A DNA stretch of 64,000 nt, filler included, from Globobulimina sp. (Eukaryota): assembly GCA_003354225.1 (NCBI GenBank). It is 14 parts of 14 records of this genome, joined end to end, with 100 filler letters (N's around TTAATTAATTAA, not from the genome) between each part and the next. Parts side by side here need not be neighbours in the genome. Positions count along the whole stretch, not along the records: positions 50,443 to 54,920 come from PIVH01001201.1; positions 55,021 to 59,498 come from PIVH01001202.1; positions 59,599 to 64,000 come from PIVH01001279.1; 11 more parts are not named here. The stretch is one strand, 5' to 3'. How positions within the stretch are numbered: the first letter of the stretch is position 1; the number at the start of each line of letters is the position of its first letter. The notes beneath the pieces are model-generated. The model was not told the DNA's origin and searched no databases. It saw only the letters and a program-made list of their open reading frames with translations. Below, in pieces: positions 50,615-62,879 of the stretch. The translations under genes and the position numbers were made by a program.

Positions 50615-51916
50615 ATGTCTTGGACATGCAGTCTATGCGGCATATTAAACAAAAACAACCATGAAATCTGCCAAGCATGTTTTACAAATGTCGGACAATT
50701 TAATTTATATTATGAACCTACCACAAATCAGCCAACACAGCCACAAACCAAAAAACAAATCAACTATATCTCAATGAAAACACCTCCGTTTATATATCAA
50801 AATGAAGATTCAAAATCAATTTTTTATTATTATGCCAAAACAACTGAGAAACATTACATCATATTTTATATCAATTACAATAAACACATACCGCTATTGC
50901 ATGAGTTTCCGGCCCATTTGTCAAACAAAGCTGTATTCCATGCATACGACATAGAGATGAATAATTATTTTGAACTCACACAGCTTCCTTTTGAGTTACC
51001 ACAGCAATTATTAATAACAATTGTTCTCAATACTGACAGGAATGACATTTGTTTATTTGTTGGAAGTGATCGTTTATTAGCAACCTTTAACATTGATAAC
51101 AAAAAATGGCATATTTCAAAATCTTGTTTAAAAACAGTTAGTGGCGGAAGTAACAGCTCCGATGCTATCACTATTCGTTACATATCCGCAGTGAAACAAT
51201 TTTGTATCAATGATGGTAATGTGTGGAAAAAATATAAGGAAAATAAAAAGTATGCGATAATATCATCAGGCGAGCTGCAGAAAAATGACACTTTGTTAAA
51301 GTTCAAATTGAGGCATGTTCCCACGTTAAAAATGGTGTTACTGTTTGGAGGGGAATATGAAAATGATGACGAATGGGATATGGATTCTGATATTACTGAG
51401 ATGGCATTGAATGAGCAGATGTTTTTTATTAAAACGGACAAAATGAAGAATGATAGGGAACGATGGAAACGATATAAAACATTGAAATTGCCAAAGAAAA
51501 AATGGGTTTATCATGAATTGCTGGCGTTGGGTTATATATTAATTGTGTTTGTGATTGATCTGAATGGACACAGGGATGATATGGAAATATGGTGTTTGGA
51601 TTTATTATTTACCCATAAATGGTTTAAATGTGATAAATGTTTGCGTATAGGGCTAACTCTAACAATTCCGGATAGAGTATGTCTAACAAAATATGATTAT
51701 GTTTATGCAATGATGGCACATGAAAAGTACAGTAAATATATGATAAAGTTTCATGTTTCGGAAGTAATTCCGAGTAAATTGGCAAAACTTTATATGTCGC
51801 ATTTTTCTAAGTTTGTATGTGGTTATATTCGAGCAGAGATCGAAAAGAAAATTAATATGCACGTTCCAATGGATTTGAAACAGACTGTTTTTGCTTATTA
51901 TTATCCTTTGACTTAA
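50615..51916 (+). CDS. RanBP2-type zinc finger plus degenerate kelch-like protein
   Basis: WTCSLCGILN...CQAC; LLFGG; C-terminal VPMDLKQTVFAYY box-like helix. Confidence 0.78.
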   Translation: MSWTCSLCGILNKNNHEICQACFTNVGQFNLYYEPTTNQPTQPQTKKQINYISMKTPPFIYQNEDSKSIFYYYAKTTEKHYIIFYINYNKHIPLLHEFPAHLSNKAVFHAYDIEMNNYFELTQLPFELPQQLLITIVLNTDRNDICLFVGSDRLLATFNIDNKKWHISKSCLKTVSGGSNSSDAITIRYISAVKQFCINDGNVWKKYKENKKYAIISSGELQKNDTLLKFKLRHVPTLKMVLLFGGEYENDDEWDMDSDITEMALNEQMFFIKTDKMKNDRERWKRYKTLKLPKKKWVYHELLALGYILIVFVIDLNGHRDDMEIWCLDLLFTHKWFKCDKCLRIGLTLTIPDRVCLTKYDYVYAMMAHEKYSKYMIKFHVSEVIPSKLAKLYMSHFSKFVCGYIRAEIEKKINMHVPMDLKQTVFAYYYPLT

Positions 51917-51947
51917 ATTTAATTTACAAAAACTTTAGTTTTGCTTC

Positions 51948-53873
51948 ATGGCAGCTCAAAATAAGTTGAGCATATCAATGGAAGCAATTAAAAAACGAAT
52001 ATTCGAAAGTGCGACAAACCAACCCACCACAATCGATAATTTGAGTCATTCCCTTATCGATAGATCTAGAGTGCGCCTACATACGCCAGACATAGTCCAT
52101 GCCACATCAATCCAAACCCTTGTCGATAATCCATCAACTCCATCAGCTGCAGCTCAAGCCACAAATCATACTCTCGTTCTCACATCAACTACAATTCAGA
52201 TAATACCACCGCCCAAACCAGACACTCCAAGCCCATACATGGGCACCCAAATATGGCCAAACACCGTTACAACACCACCCACAGTTACATCTACATCCAC
52301 CTCCACACCGCCACAGACCACAGAAATAGCCACATTGCCCACCCCATACACCACCAAATATTTAACCGAGATCAATAAACACAAAATCCCCTCCAATTCT
52401 GACGGAAAAGCCATGTCATTGACCATACATTTGTGTGGCTGCAAATCTATCCATATCAGAATCTTCCACATCTCCTGGATCACGTTGTTCAGTGCATGGT
52501 TTTGCTTATTTAGTTTGCATGGTTTTGCTTACAATCAATCCGATTTACATTCAGACCCAACGAGTTTATCCATAGCGACTGGGGTGAGATCAGTGTCCAC
52601 CCTGTTATTTAGCGTATTTTTTGGCGACTTATGTGACAAAGTTGGTGCCCGCTATGCATACTGTTGCTTATTAACAGTCTCTTTCTTCTGTTTCATTGTC
52701 ACCATACTCGCCTCATACAACAGTGTCTCGTTTATAATCTTCTCTTTCTTGACGGGCATAATCGGCGCAGCCTTTGTGATCACACAATACCATATCACCT
52801 CCTTCTTCTCCTCCAAATGTGTGGGCGTTGCCAATGGTTTAAGTGCGGGATTGGCTTCTTTTATGTCCATGTTTGCGGCGTCCAATCTCCATTTAATTAG
52901 TCGTGCTGTTGGCAGTCAAGCAAATATTTCTGAAACGATGTCGTGGAAACTTACCTTATTACTTCCGGCATTGTTGCTGTTTCTGATGATATTTGTTTAT
53001 TATTTTTATACCATTGACTCACCGAAAGGCAACATCTCAAAGGAACGGATCACGAAAAGATTAATATTTACGTTCCAGAAATATAAATGGAAGCGAATTG
53101 CGTCCGATTATCGCATATGGATTTTGGCTCTGTCATATTGCATTTCGTGCGGAATTCGAATGACTGTTTTAAACTACTTTGTTGATTTTATAATGGAGAC
53201 GTTTTCAGCTGAAAGGAATTATGCGCAGTATATGTTGGTCGTGCTTTATATGACAAGTTTATTCGACCGAGGCTTTGGTGGGTATTTATCGGATTTGCTG
53301 TATTTGAAATATGGAATTCAAGGTCGAATCTACTGTTTATTCTTTGCGTTATTGTTTGAAGCTGCGTTTTTATTTTTGTTTACAATGAGTGCGTTTCATT
53401 TTGGTTTTACTATATTGATGGTAACGTTCTTTATTATTTATGTTCAGATTGCTGAAGGTATGTAAATGTGTTTTGTTATGTTTGTTCTGTTTGTGTCGGA
53501 GCTGTGTATCTGAGATTTGTTAATTGTTATTGTCGCAGGTATTGTGTTTGCGATCGTGCCCAATTTACCGCATCAAAAGTATATTGGTTTATGTATGGGG
53601 ATAGTAGCAGGCGGAGGCAATTTTGGTGCACTGTTTGGGAGTTTTTTGTTTGTGCAGGTTCCGGGCTCTGTTTCTTATAAAACTGCCTGGCTCATTTGCA
53701 GCGTGTTTGTGTTGGTTGCATCGTTTGCTGTGTTATTTGTTAAATTTACGAGAATGGAAATACAAAATGATTTGAAAAATACAGCTACCGATTTTTGGAC
53801 ATGTATGGGGACGGAATTTAAACCCGTTAAGCAAGACGGAGGTAAAGGTACGGTCGGATTTGTCATACATTAA
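51948..53873 (+). CDS. NRT2: Nitrate/nitrite porter family (NRT2/NarK-like MFS) transporter, divergent (2 exons)
   Basis: HIRIFHISW, GDLCDKVGAR, GAAFVITQYHITSFFSSKCVGVANG, DSPKGN, RGFGGYLSD, AEGIVFAIVP, GIVAGGGNFG; intron 53458-53538. Confidence 0.88.
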
Positions 53874-55020
53874 TGATGCTTATTTTTTTTGATATAGTTC
53901 TAATTTGTCGAACACTAAAAACGTGTTATTCTTCCAAAAAATCTGTTTTTTTGTCAATTTTTTTTGTCAATTGTGTGTTCTGGTTGAGTTTGATTGTGAT
54001 TGTTTGCAATTTTTGATAAAATTAATCTCGAAGTTTTTTGTGTGCTTGCTTCTTCTCTTTATTTTTTTAAACGTTAAATTCTTCCGTCTTTATTGTCAAC
54101 TGCTTATTAGTAATATTAATGTATTAATCAGTAATAATTAATTTCTTAGAAGTTTTTGAAGAATTTCTTAGTTTTTTGAAGAAACGATTGCGATATATGG
54201 CAGCTTAGTATAGGATAGGATAGTATAGGTCAGAAAAAAACAATCATGCATTCTTCAAAACTGTTGCATCATGGCATTATTCTGTCATTTCCTAGTCTCA
54301 AATCAGAAGATACATTCAATCGATAAACCCGGGCAAACAACTCGTAACGGAGAAGCTAATATTTATCTCTGTGCCATTCAGACATTATCGTTTTCGATCC
54401 TGTGGATAGGGAAATGATTTCTTACGGGTTAATGTGTAAAGGGTTAATTCCTCTACATTTTTTGATAAAGAAATGCAATATAAGAGGATGTTTTGTCGAC
54501 GTCTGTGCTGTGCATTGAAAGGGATTGATGACATTCCATTATTCCCATAAAGTAAACTCAAAAAAAATAAATTATAGATACAGTGCGCAATATTCAGTAA
54601 AAAAAGTTTGTGTTTTGGTAAATGAGAGAAATGAGTAAATCCATATAAAATTTAGCAATACTCCGCAGCTGCTGACTTTCAGCGTGAATTCGCAAAACGG
54701 AACATTAATAATAAAGTTATCTCGCGACAAACAAATTAATTACAAATGATGTCTTTTAGCAAGAAGGAGCCTGGTAATGTTAATCCGAAATACATAGAAA
54801 GACATGAATGGAGAATGTCCAATGTAGATAAAATACATTCCATTCAAGAAGCATATATATCCATATCAATTTTTCGTAAGTCCAGTATTTAAATTACATC
54901 ATCTCAAATGGTATAAAAATNNNNNNNNNNNNNNNNNNNNNNNNNNNNNNNNNNNNNNNNNNNNTTAATTAATTAANNNNNNNNNNNNNNNNNNNNNNNN
55001 NNNNNNNNNNNNNNNNNNNN

Positions 55021-56046
55021 ATTGCGACAATTATTGGATTGCGTGATGATGATAAGTCTAAATACAATATGAAGTATGACTTATTCGCCAAAGCATTGAA
55101 TGTATTTAATGATTATGAGCTATGTGCTTTATTTCGATTATATATCAGACAAAAAATGATAAAGTCCGCTGCCGATGCCGCAGATATGATTGATATGAAT
55201 ATGATAATTAAATTTATATATTACCGTTTTCCGAAAAAATCACAAAAATTTAATGATGAAGATTTTCTCAAAATATTTAAAATCGGTTTTTGTAATAAAT
55301 TCATTGGACACAATTCAATATTAAATAAATTAAATAAAAAATATCATATTTTAATAGATATTCGAAATGTACAATGTTGGCTGGTTGCTATCGTAATGAA
55401 AATGAATCAATATTTTAGGAAATATGAAACATGCCATTCCATATTTTGTATCAGATTTTTGCCACAATTGATTTATATAAACAATGATAATCATAATCAT
55501 AATGAGGATAATTTATACACGAAAATAGAAAAAGCATTTAAAATGTTGGAGGATATCGAGATAAATAAAAGTGATTATTGTTGGACATTTATTATTGATT
55601 TGAATTCAATTTCAATTTCAAATGAGCCAGAAATATATTTTGAATCAATTGAGTTGTATGATGATGAAATTATTTGTGGCGAGGAATACAATAAAAAGTA
55701 TTCACAAAATCAATTCTATCATTTGAAAAAATTGGATTATTTAGTTTGTAAACGAAATGATAACATCACAAGAATGGCTTTACAAGTTTCCTTCCACAAA
55801 TATAAAAATAATAAAATGGAAAACCAATGTGTTTCATGGTTAACACATAGTTCTGGGCATATTCCGTTTTTTGAGAGTGATATCATTTCTGTGATACCAA
55901 AATTATTCAAAAAATGTGATAATGCAATTCAAGCTGATGAATGGCAACAAATTATAGATAATAATAAAATTATGCCACTAAAATGTATGGATGCAACATA
56001 TTGTGAATTAGAACAAAGTTACATAAATTTTATGAAATTGCATTAA
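55021..56046 (+). CDS. Hypothetical protein, 5'-truncated
   Basis: AT-rich ORF of about 340 aa; its stop overlaps the stop of the convergent TPR gene. Confidence 0.65.
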   Translation: MATIIGLRDDDKSKYNMKYDLFAKALNVFNDYELCALFRLYIRQKMIKSAADAADMIDMNMIIKFIYYRFPKKSQKFNDEDFLKIFKIGFCNKFIGHNSILNKLNKKYHILIDIRNVQCWLVAIVMKMNQYFRKYETCHSIFCIRFLPQLIYINNDNHNHNEDNLYTKIEKAFKMLEDIEINKSDYCWTFIIDLNSISISNEPEIYFESIELYDDEIICGEEYNKKYSQNQFYHLKKLDYLVCKRNDNITRMALQVSFHKYKNNKMENQCVSWLTHSSGHIPFFESDIISVIPKLFKKCDNAIQADEWQQIIDNNKIMPLKCMDATYCELEQSYINFMKLH

Positions 56047-56582
56047 TTAATTTTATTTTGACACAGTTTCATTTTTTTCAAACAAAATGCATAATTGTTG
56101 GTCTCACAGATATTTATTTTAGTCAACGCTTTACAATATGCATCATATGCTTTTTGATAATTTCCAAGCTTAAAATAAGCCAAACCAGCCCGAATATATG
56201 ATTTTACATAATTTGCATCAATATGCATACTTATATGACTGTCCCTGATGGCATCAGTATATTTCCCCAAATATATATAGGCAGCAGCTCTGTTGGCATA
56301 ATAGATTGCGTTGTTCGGGTTTAAATGTATAGATTTTGTGTATGAGTCAGCTGCTTTGCTATATTTCTTTTGTTTCATAAACTTATTTCCATTTTCTTTC
56401 AACAGTTCAGCGAGGTGGCGATTCGAATCATAATATTCTTCTAGAACAAGATTTACATCGCCAGCATATAATTCCAATAGTTTTAAGGATTTCTGTTTTT
56501 CTGTAAAACCTAGTTTCAACAGTTGTTCTGCTTGTAATTTATATTTTTGTTTTTGACGATTGGAACCAAACAAGCGATTCAT
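56043..56582 (-). CDS. UBA-like plus 3x TPR protein (co-chaperone-type TPR)
   Basis: QLLKLGF...GDVNLVL is UBA-like; LKENGNKFMK, YYANRAAAY and YVKSYIRAG are TPR motifs. Confidence 0.85.
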   Translation of the reverse strand: MNRLFGSNRQKQKYKLQAEQLLKLGFTEKQKSLKLLELYAGDVNLVLEEYYDSNRHLAELLKENGNKFMKQKKYSKAADSYTKSIHLNPNNAIYYANRAAAYIYLGKYTDAIRDSHISMHIDANYVKSYIRAGLAYFKLGNYQKAYDAYCKALTKINICETNNYAFCLKKMKLCQNKIN

Positions 56583-56649
56583 TACTGAGTAATAAATTAA
56601 TTCCCCCACTGACACTGCAGTTGTTGTGAAAGAAGCATTTTTGTACGTC

Positions 56650-57144
56650 ATGGCAGATGCAAAAAGAGAACAAGAACCGCTGCCAATTACAGAATTGCCA
56701 ATACAGTCATTACGGCAGTTACAACAGCAAGTTATAGATCAGTATGAATACATATCACGCAATCTCGCAACGTTAAAAATGGCTAGAAATAGATTTAATG
56801 GAAGTAAAGTGATATTAGATTCGTATACAGAATCAAATAATAATAAAGAAACATTGATACCATTGACAGATAGCTTGTATGTTGCTGGATATTTGCATAC
56901 AAAGAAGGTGTTAATTGATTTAGGTGTCGGTTATTTTGCAGAACGAACACCAAAGCAAGCACAAAAATATTTTGATAGGAAAGTAAAATTTGTACAAAAC
57001 AAAATCGATCAGTTGACACAGAAAATGAACGAAGCGCAAAATAGTAAAGAACAAATTGAAGTGGTACTGAGAGAAAAAATTAATTCAGAAATAAAGCGTC
57101 AACAACCACAAAAATCGGATGCCAATGCTTTTTTGACTAAATAA
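56650..57144 (+). CDS. PFDN5: Prefoldin subunit 5
   Basis: LIPLTDSLYVAG, VLIDLGVGYFAE and YFDRKV within a coiled coil. Confidence 0.93.
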   Translation: MADAKREQEPLPITELPIQSLRQLQQQVIDQYEYISRNLATLKMARNRFNGSKVILDSYTESNNNKETLIPLTDSLYVAGYLHTKKVLIDLGVGYFAERTPKQAQKYFDRKVKFVQNKIDQLTQKMNEAQNSKEQIEVVLREKINSEIKRQQPQKSDANAFLTK

Positions 57145-57295
57145 TCTTAATTACTTTAATTGTGCAAGGATGAATATTAAGATTCAAATCAAACATTTTA
57201 ATTCCACTCACAAAAAGATATTAAGATTAGGATTCAAACAAATGAACGAAAGAAAGTCAATATTTGATTTGATTTGATTTGTTTTTCTTTTTACA

Positions 57296-58466
57296 TTACA
57301 TAATTCCATTACGTTGTAAGGCAGCAACAACCACTGCATGTTGAACATCATGAAATACTTTTTGTACATTATGCGAGTCCGTGGCACAGGTAACATGTGA
57401 ATAAATCTGGCGGCTTAAATCAGCATTGCACGATACAAAAATCTCGGTAATATATTTCAATGCGGATTCTTTGTCATTATCTGGTCCATCAAAATCAGGG
57501 AAACAATCTTTTATTGATTTTGTTTGTATTTTGGTTTCAAACAAATCCCTTTTATTCAAAAATAATATCATCGAAGTCAACCGAAAATATCTGTTATTTA
57601 TTACCAAATCAAACAAACGTATACTTTCATGCATTGCATTGACATCTTCTTCTTCAAATAAGTTTTGGTCATAACACGATAAGGAGCACACAAATAATAC
57701 GGCGTCCACAATGGAGAATTGGTGCACCCACTTACTTCTTTCGTTTCTTTGCCCACCAACGTCGACAATGGTAAAATTGTTTTTTTCCACCCAAAAAGAT
57801 GCCGATCTGATGCCTTAGAATATTAATATTAATATTATATCAATATATATTCGCAAATTCGCATATGAATTGATACGGACCTGTTGTGGGTATGCGGACC
57901 AATAATATGTCTTCATCCGTTGGGATATATTTTGTATTTGCTATTCTATCAATGTCATCAAAGAAATGTGGCGCAGAATCAACCACTCCTAAATTGGTAC
58001 GTGTATTGAATGTGTGTTTAATGGACTCGTCCGTCCATAACATTGTGATTAAATTAGCAATCTCGTCCGTTATATCAATGCCACCGCGCGGTATCCTCGG
58101 CGACAATATATAATCGGCAGCATCTTGTATTTGTTTCGAGAAAGTATAATTATAATCATAATCATCAAAATCAATATCAATATCAATATGTTTTGTCTTA
58201 GTCTTATTTACATTCTCCTGACATTGTTCCACTAATTGCTTCATTTGATCAATGATACAATCATAGATGTTTTGCCTCGCTTGTTCTATATCTTGTTGTT
58301 GAAAGCCATTGCCGTGAATTTGACAGAGCTGTTTAAAGAATGTTGATTTACCGCTACTGCCTGCTCCTAACAACAATAATTTATGCTCTCTCATTTGAGC
58401 TCGTTTTGATGCATCAATTTCTTCCTGAACCTGCCTATCCCGAGCATCGCCACAACACTGTCCCAT
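57296..58466 (-). CDS. Heterotrimeric G-protein alpha subunit, divergent paralog (2 exons)
   Basis: MGQCC acylation start; GAGSSGKST, RIPTTG, DVGGQR, NKRD, TCATD; intron 57814-57880. Confidence 0.95.
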
Positions 58467-58670
58467 GTTCAGACAGAGTCAGACAGACAGAAAGACAGTT
58501 GAGTTGAGATTGGACAGTGCCACAATGGCTACTTTAGCAGTGGCAGTGGCAGTGATCATAATTTGACGTCATGATGAATATCTTGAGAGATCAGATTATT
58601 CAGATAATAAATTAATATATTCAACTAATTAATTAATTCATTCCAGTAATAGTAATATATTATATTAAAA

Positions 58671-59498
58671 ATGGGCGTCTGTACATCAATGACAGCAGAA
58701 GAGAAAATGCAATTAGCTGAACAAAAGAAATTGAATAAGGAGATTGAGAGAGAGCAGAATCAAGCAGCCGATTCGGATGAGGCATTAAAGAAATTATTGC
58801 TTTTAGGAGCGGGAGAATCGGGAAAATCGACATTATTTAAACAGATGGTGAGTTTATATGGAAAGGGTTATTCAGAGAAAGAAAGGAAATCTTTTCGTGC
58901 GGTGGTTTACAGCAATACGATAACTGCAATGAAATGTTTATTGGAGAATAGCGAGGAGTTATCCGCAGCGGGTATTGAGGGCACAAAAGTCGATGATGAG
59001 AATGCGAGCAAAGCAGAGTTAATCCGTAATTTAAGCGGCGATGAAGCATTAACTGAGGAGATATGCGAAGCGATCAATGTTTTATGGTCAAAAGACTGTG
59101 GAATCAAATGTACATTTGAGAATCGAGCAAAATTTCAATTTCCAGACAGCGGACCTTATTTTTTTGCTCGAATGGACGCGATGATTGCCGCCGATTATAT
59201 ACCGACCCAACAAGATGTGTTACGATCGCGTGTCCGCACCACCGGCATAGTCGAGACCAGTTTTGAAATCGAAGGGAATAATTTTAAAATGTTTGATGTT
59301 GGCGGACAGCGAAATGAACGTAAAAAATGGATCCATTGCTTTGAGAATGTGACATGTGTCATATTTGTGGCTGCCATCTCGGAGTATGACCAAGTCTTAT
59401 TTGAAGATGATAGCACCAATCGAGTCACTGAAGCATTGAATTTATTTGATGAGATTTGCAACAGTCGCTGGTTCACCGAGACCTCCATCATATTCTTC
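58671..59498 (+). CDS. Heterotrimeric G-protein alpha subunit, canonical, 3'-truncated
   Basis: MGVC start; GAGESGKST, RSRVRTTGIVE, DVGGQRNERKKWIHCFE. Confidence 0.96.
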
Positions 59499-60276
59499 NN
59501 NNNNNNNNNNNNNNNNNNNNNNNNNNNNNNNNNNNNNNNNNNTTAATTAATTAANNNNNNNNNNNNNNNNNNNNNNNNNNNNNNNNNNNNNNNNNNNNAA
59601 GAAGAAAAACTATCAATAATTATAGGTGGTGTTAAAGGAATATGCAATGCATTTGAATTACATAAAAAATAAGTGTGACATGAGCAATAATTGAGTGATA
59701 AAAATTCCATTTTATTTAACAATAATAAAAATAAAAATGAAAACAGTACCAATAAATATAAATTATGTAAATTGGTAAAAAATATTGCTTGATCTACATT
59801 TTTTAGGATATGATTTTCATTTTTATTACACAGAAATTGGTTATTTAATAAATATAAATCATTAAATATATTCACTAATAATGATATGAATATTATCACA
59901 GAACAAAATACTTTAAAATACAATAAAAGATGATGAAAATTACGTAATTTATGATGCAAATATACTAATTTTAAAACAGATTGGTAAGGACATTGGAAAT
60001 AGGAAAACTTTCCAGACATTTCAAGGAATGGATATTTGGAGGAGTCTCCACAATTTTGAGACTTTAGATTGTATTAAAATTTAATCTCCAAAATATTGTC
60101 AGATGTAAACAAATGGAAAGTAATAAATAAACAAGTTTCTTGTCAAGAACCGCGAAAATATGATTAAAGTGTGTAAATATTCATTGGTAATCGAACCATA
60201 ACATAATATTTGATATTTCCATTTTTTGTCATAAAAAGTACCAAAAAACCATTGCTAGTATGTTCAAAGTAGATGC

Positions 60277-61880
60277 TCAAATAATGGTGTTTTTCACAAC
60301 TGTGTGGATTGTTTCGTAATTTTCCATATTCATATCAGATTCAGCATAATTTTCGTCAACACTCTTATTTCCGTTCAATGATTGTGTATCAATCCCTTTC
60401 TGTGTCTCCATTTCATACACAATATCACTGTCTGTGTCTCCTTCAACATCCTGTATATGATGCTTATGATCATCGTCATACATAATCAAAGTTCCAGCAG
60501 TTATTTTTCTTCCCTGTGTTTGTTGCTGTTCCTGTTTCTGTGCTTTTGATAAATACATATCCTCACCTTTTGTGTTATGAATTTCTTCCAGTTGAGCTTT
60601 ACAAAAATAATGTCGCTGTGGCTGTTGTATCACATTCTTATCTATTTCTGTTAGTACCATTGGCGTTTGCTCCATTGGGTCAATATGATGCTGTGTGTTC
60701 ACTTCGAATTCCATTTCCAGTTTCTCTGTTAACTCTTTTTTCCCACCCAACTCTGGCACAGATTTAGTTTGCATTAATATTTTCCTCCATATTAACACTA
60801 TCAAACCACAAATTACACACAAAGTAACCAATGATAAGGCAATCACAATTACAATGGTAACTGTGCTCATTTCACTGTTCTGGTTTGGGTTTACTGATTC
60901 CTTTTGTTCTGTTGTTGCAATTAAAGTGGTGGTCATTTCAATGACTTGTCCATCTGTCACTGGATATGACGTCGGACTGCCAGTTGGCGCTCTTGTTTCT
61001 CCCTTAAATGTTGGAGACAATGATGGTGATGCAGTTGGATTGTGGCTTGGTGCCAATGTTGGTGCATCAGACGGAGTATTCGAAGGTGGCGATGTTGGCA
61101 TAGTGCTCGGTGCCAATGTTGGAGTACTTGATGGAGCTAAAAAATAAAAAAAAAAAAGATGTTTGGAAATTGTAGCAAATTTTTGCAATATACAAACATA
61201 AATGGTCTGGCTCTGAAATTATTTTAGTTATAAATTAATTGCAATATACCAGATGTCGGATTTTGTGTTGGCGATGCAGTTGGAATAAAGGTGGGTTGTG
61301 GTGTTGGATTGGTGGGGTTAAAGGTTGGTGTTTTAGTTGGATCGAATGTGGGAGAAATAGTAGGCGCAGCAAATGGCGGTGGGAAGGAAACAGGACAATT
61401 AGGGCCAGAACAGAGGAAATGAGAGGCTCCATTTATATCTACAGTCAAAGTGTGGCAGGTATTTGAGCCATTTTTGCATGTTACAGCACATGGCGCAGCT
61501 GCTTGACATTGGAAGTGTGCATTGCCAGAGCAAGCATTGGACCCAACACACGTTATATTTATAGAGGTGGCGTTATTTGGTATCAATTGCGAATCGGTGC
61601 ATGCTTGCGAGCCATCACAATTCAATGAACACGGATAGCCGGAGGCACAGCGCAAATTAAATCCTCCTTTGCACCAATCTGTACCAATACAACTGAGTAA
61701 ACAAACAGTACAACAAAAAGCGGATTAATTTGTATAAAATTCGCAGATATCGACATTTAACTTTAATAAACATGGCTCGGCAGCACGACAAATACAACTA
61801 GCTGCTTTCAGACATTCTATTGCATAAATTGAGTGATAAATTGTTGATAAGACGAAAAATAAAAAAAGCAACGCCATCAT
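60277..61880 (-). CDS. Type I membrane protein with Cys-rich repeats, PT-repeat stalk and Tyr-containing tail (3 exons)
   Basis: Signal MMALLFLFFVLSTIYHSIYA; introns 61693-61761 and 61137-61249; PTxxPT stalk; TM IVIVIALSLVTLCVICGLIVLIW. Confidence 0.82.
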
Positions 61881-61944
61881 TTTGAGTTGGAAGATTTTTA
61901 CTTTAAACTTTTCATTCAGATTCAGATCACAGTAATAAACAATT

Positions 61945-62568
61945 ATGCAGCCTATCTTTGAGGAAATGCTGGAATTGAAGCTTTTAGAAATGAGAGATAA
62001 TATGATCTATAAATTAGAATCGAGATACATGGATTATACCACTCAATTATTGCAACAAAAAAGTAAAATCTTAATTCAAATACACAATTTATTTGATGAG
62101 AAACTAATAAATATTCACCAAACATTACGACAAATAATTCTCAATAACCAACAAATGCATATTAATGCACCAATATTCTCCTCAAATAATCACCAAAATC
62201 AAAATGAGTCTCAACAGCTCAAAACGGACTGGCAACAAAATCAAATTATTTGCGAACCATTCATATTTCATCCAGAAAATAACGAGAATGAAACTGAAAT
62301 AATTCCCTTTTTATGTCTACCATTAAATGATAACAATGATAATGATACACCATCAATAACACCATCATTACAATCAAATAATAACCAAAAAGCATACAAA
62401 TGTACTGAATGTAACAAGAGATTTAAGAAAAAAAACACATTATACAATCACAAGAATGTTCACAGAAAAGAAAAGCATTTAAAATGTGGACATTGCAGCT
62501 TTGCCACAAAATGGAGGCATTCATTAAAAAGACATATTCGATCTCATTCTTTTCTGCAATCAAACTAA
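61945..62568 (+). CDS. C2H2 zinc-finger protein (2 fingers)
   Basis: YKCTECNKRF...HKNVH and KCGHCSF...HIRSH. Confidence 0.9.
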   Translation: MQPIFEEMLELKLLEMRDNMIYKLESRYMDYTTQLLQQKSKILIQIHNLFDEKLINIHQTLRQIILNNQQMHINAPIFSSNNHQNQNESQQLKTDWQQNQIICEPFIFHPENNENETEIIPFLCLPLNDNNDNDTPSITPSLQSNNNQKAYKCTECNKRFKKKNTLYNHKNVHRKEKHLKCGHCSFATKWRHSLKRHIRSHSFLQSN

Positions 62569-62633
62569 AATCAAAAATTATTTAAATTAATTAAAACTGC
62601 TTCACTTTGTCACGAATTGTTAGTACAGATTTA

Positions 62634-62879
62634 GATAGAATCCAGATTAAAATGTAGATTTAATTGACTTTTTAGATTCTTGAATGTATTGAATCTTGAT
62701 TCATGGCATATCGATAAGATTCTATGTTACTTTGAATCATATGGAATCAACATGAATCCTATACAGATAGATCCAGGATGATTCGTAGCTGCATTGATTT
62801 GGTATTCATAGATTTAGCATAGATTCACGCCAAATTCTCAAGAAACACATTAAATCTACATTTTAATCTGGATTCTATC
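62634..62879. mobile_element. MITE of 246 bp with 31-bp perfect TIRs and TTA target-site duplication
   Basis: GATAGAATCCAGATTAAAATGTAGATTTAAT (62634-62664) and its exact reverse complement (62849-62879); TTA at 62631-62633 and 62880-62882; non-coding interior. Confidence 0.8.

Noticed and set aside
53900-54920. Gene or ncRNA downstream of NRT2
   Set aside because: Only short ORFs and simple repeats; no recognisable family or RNA structure.
59599-60019. Minus-strand ORF at the start of the last contig
   Set aside because: Extremely AT-rich with no motif; cannot be supported as coding.
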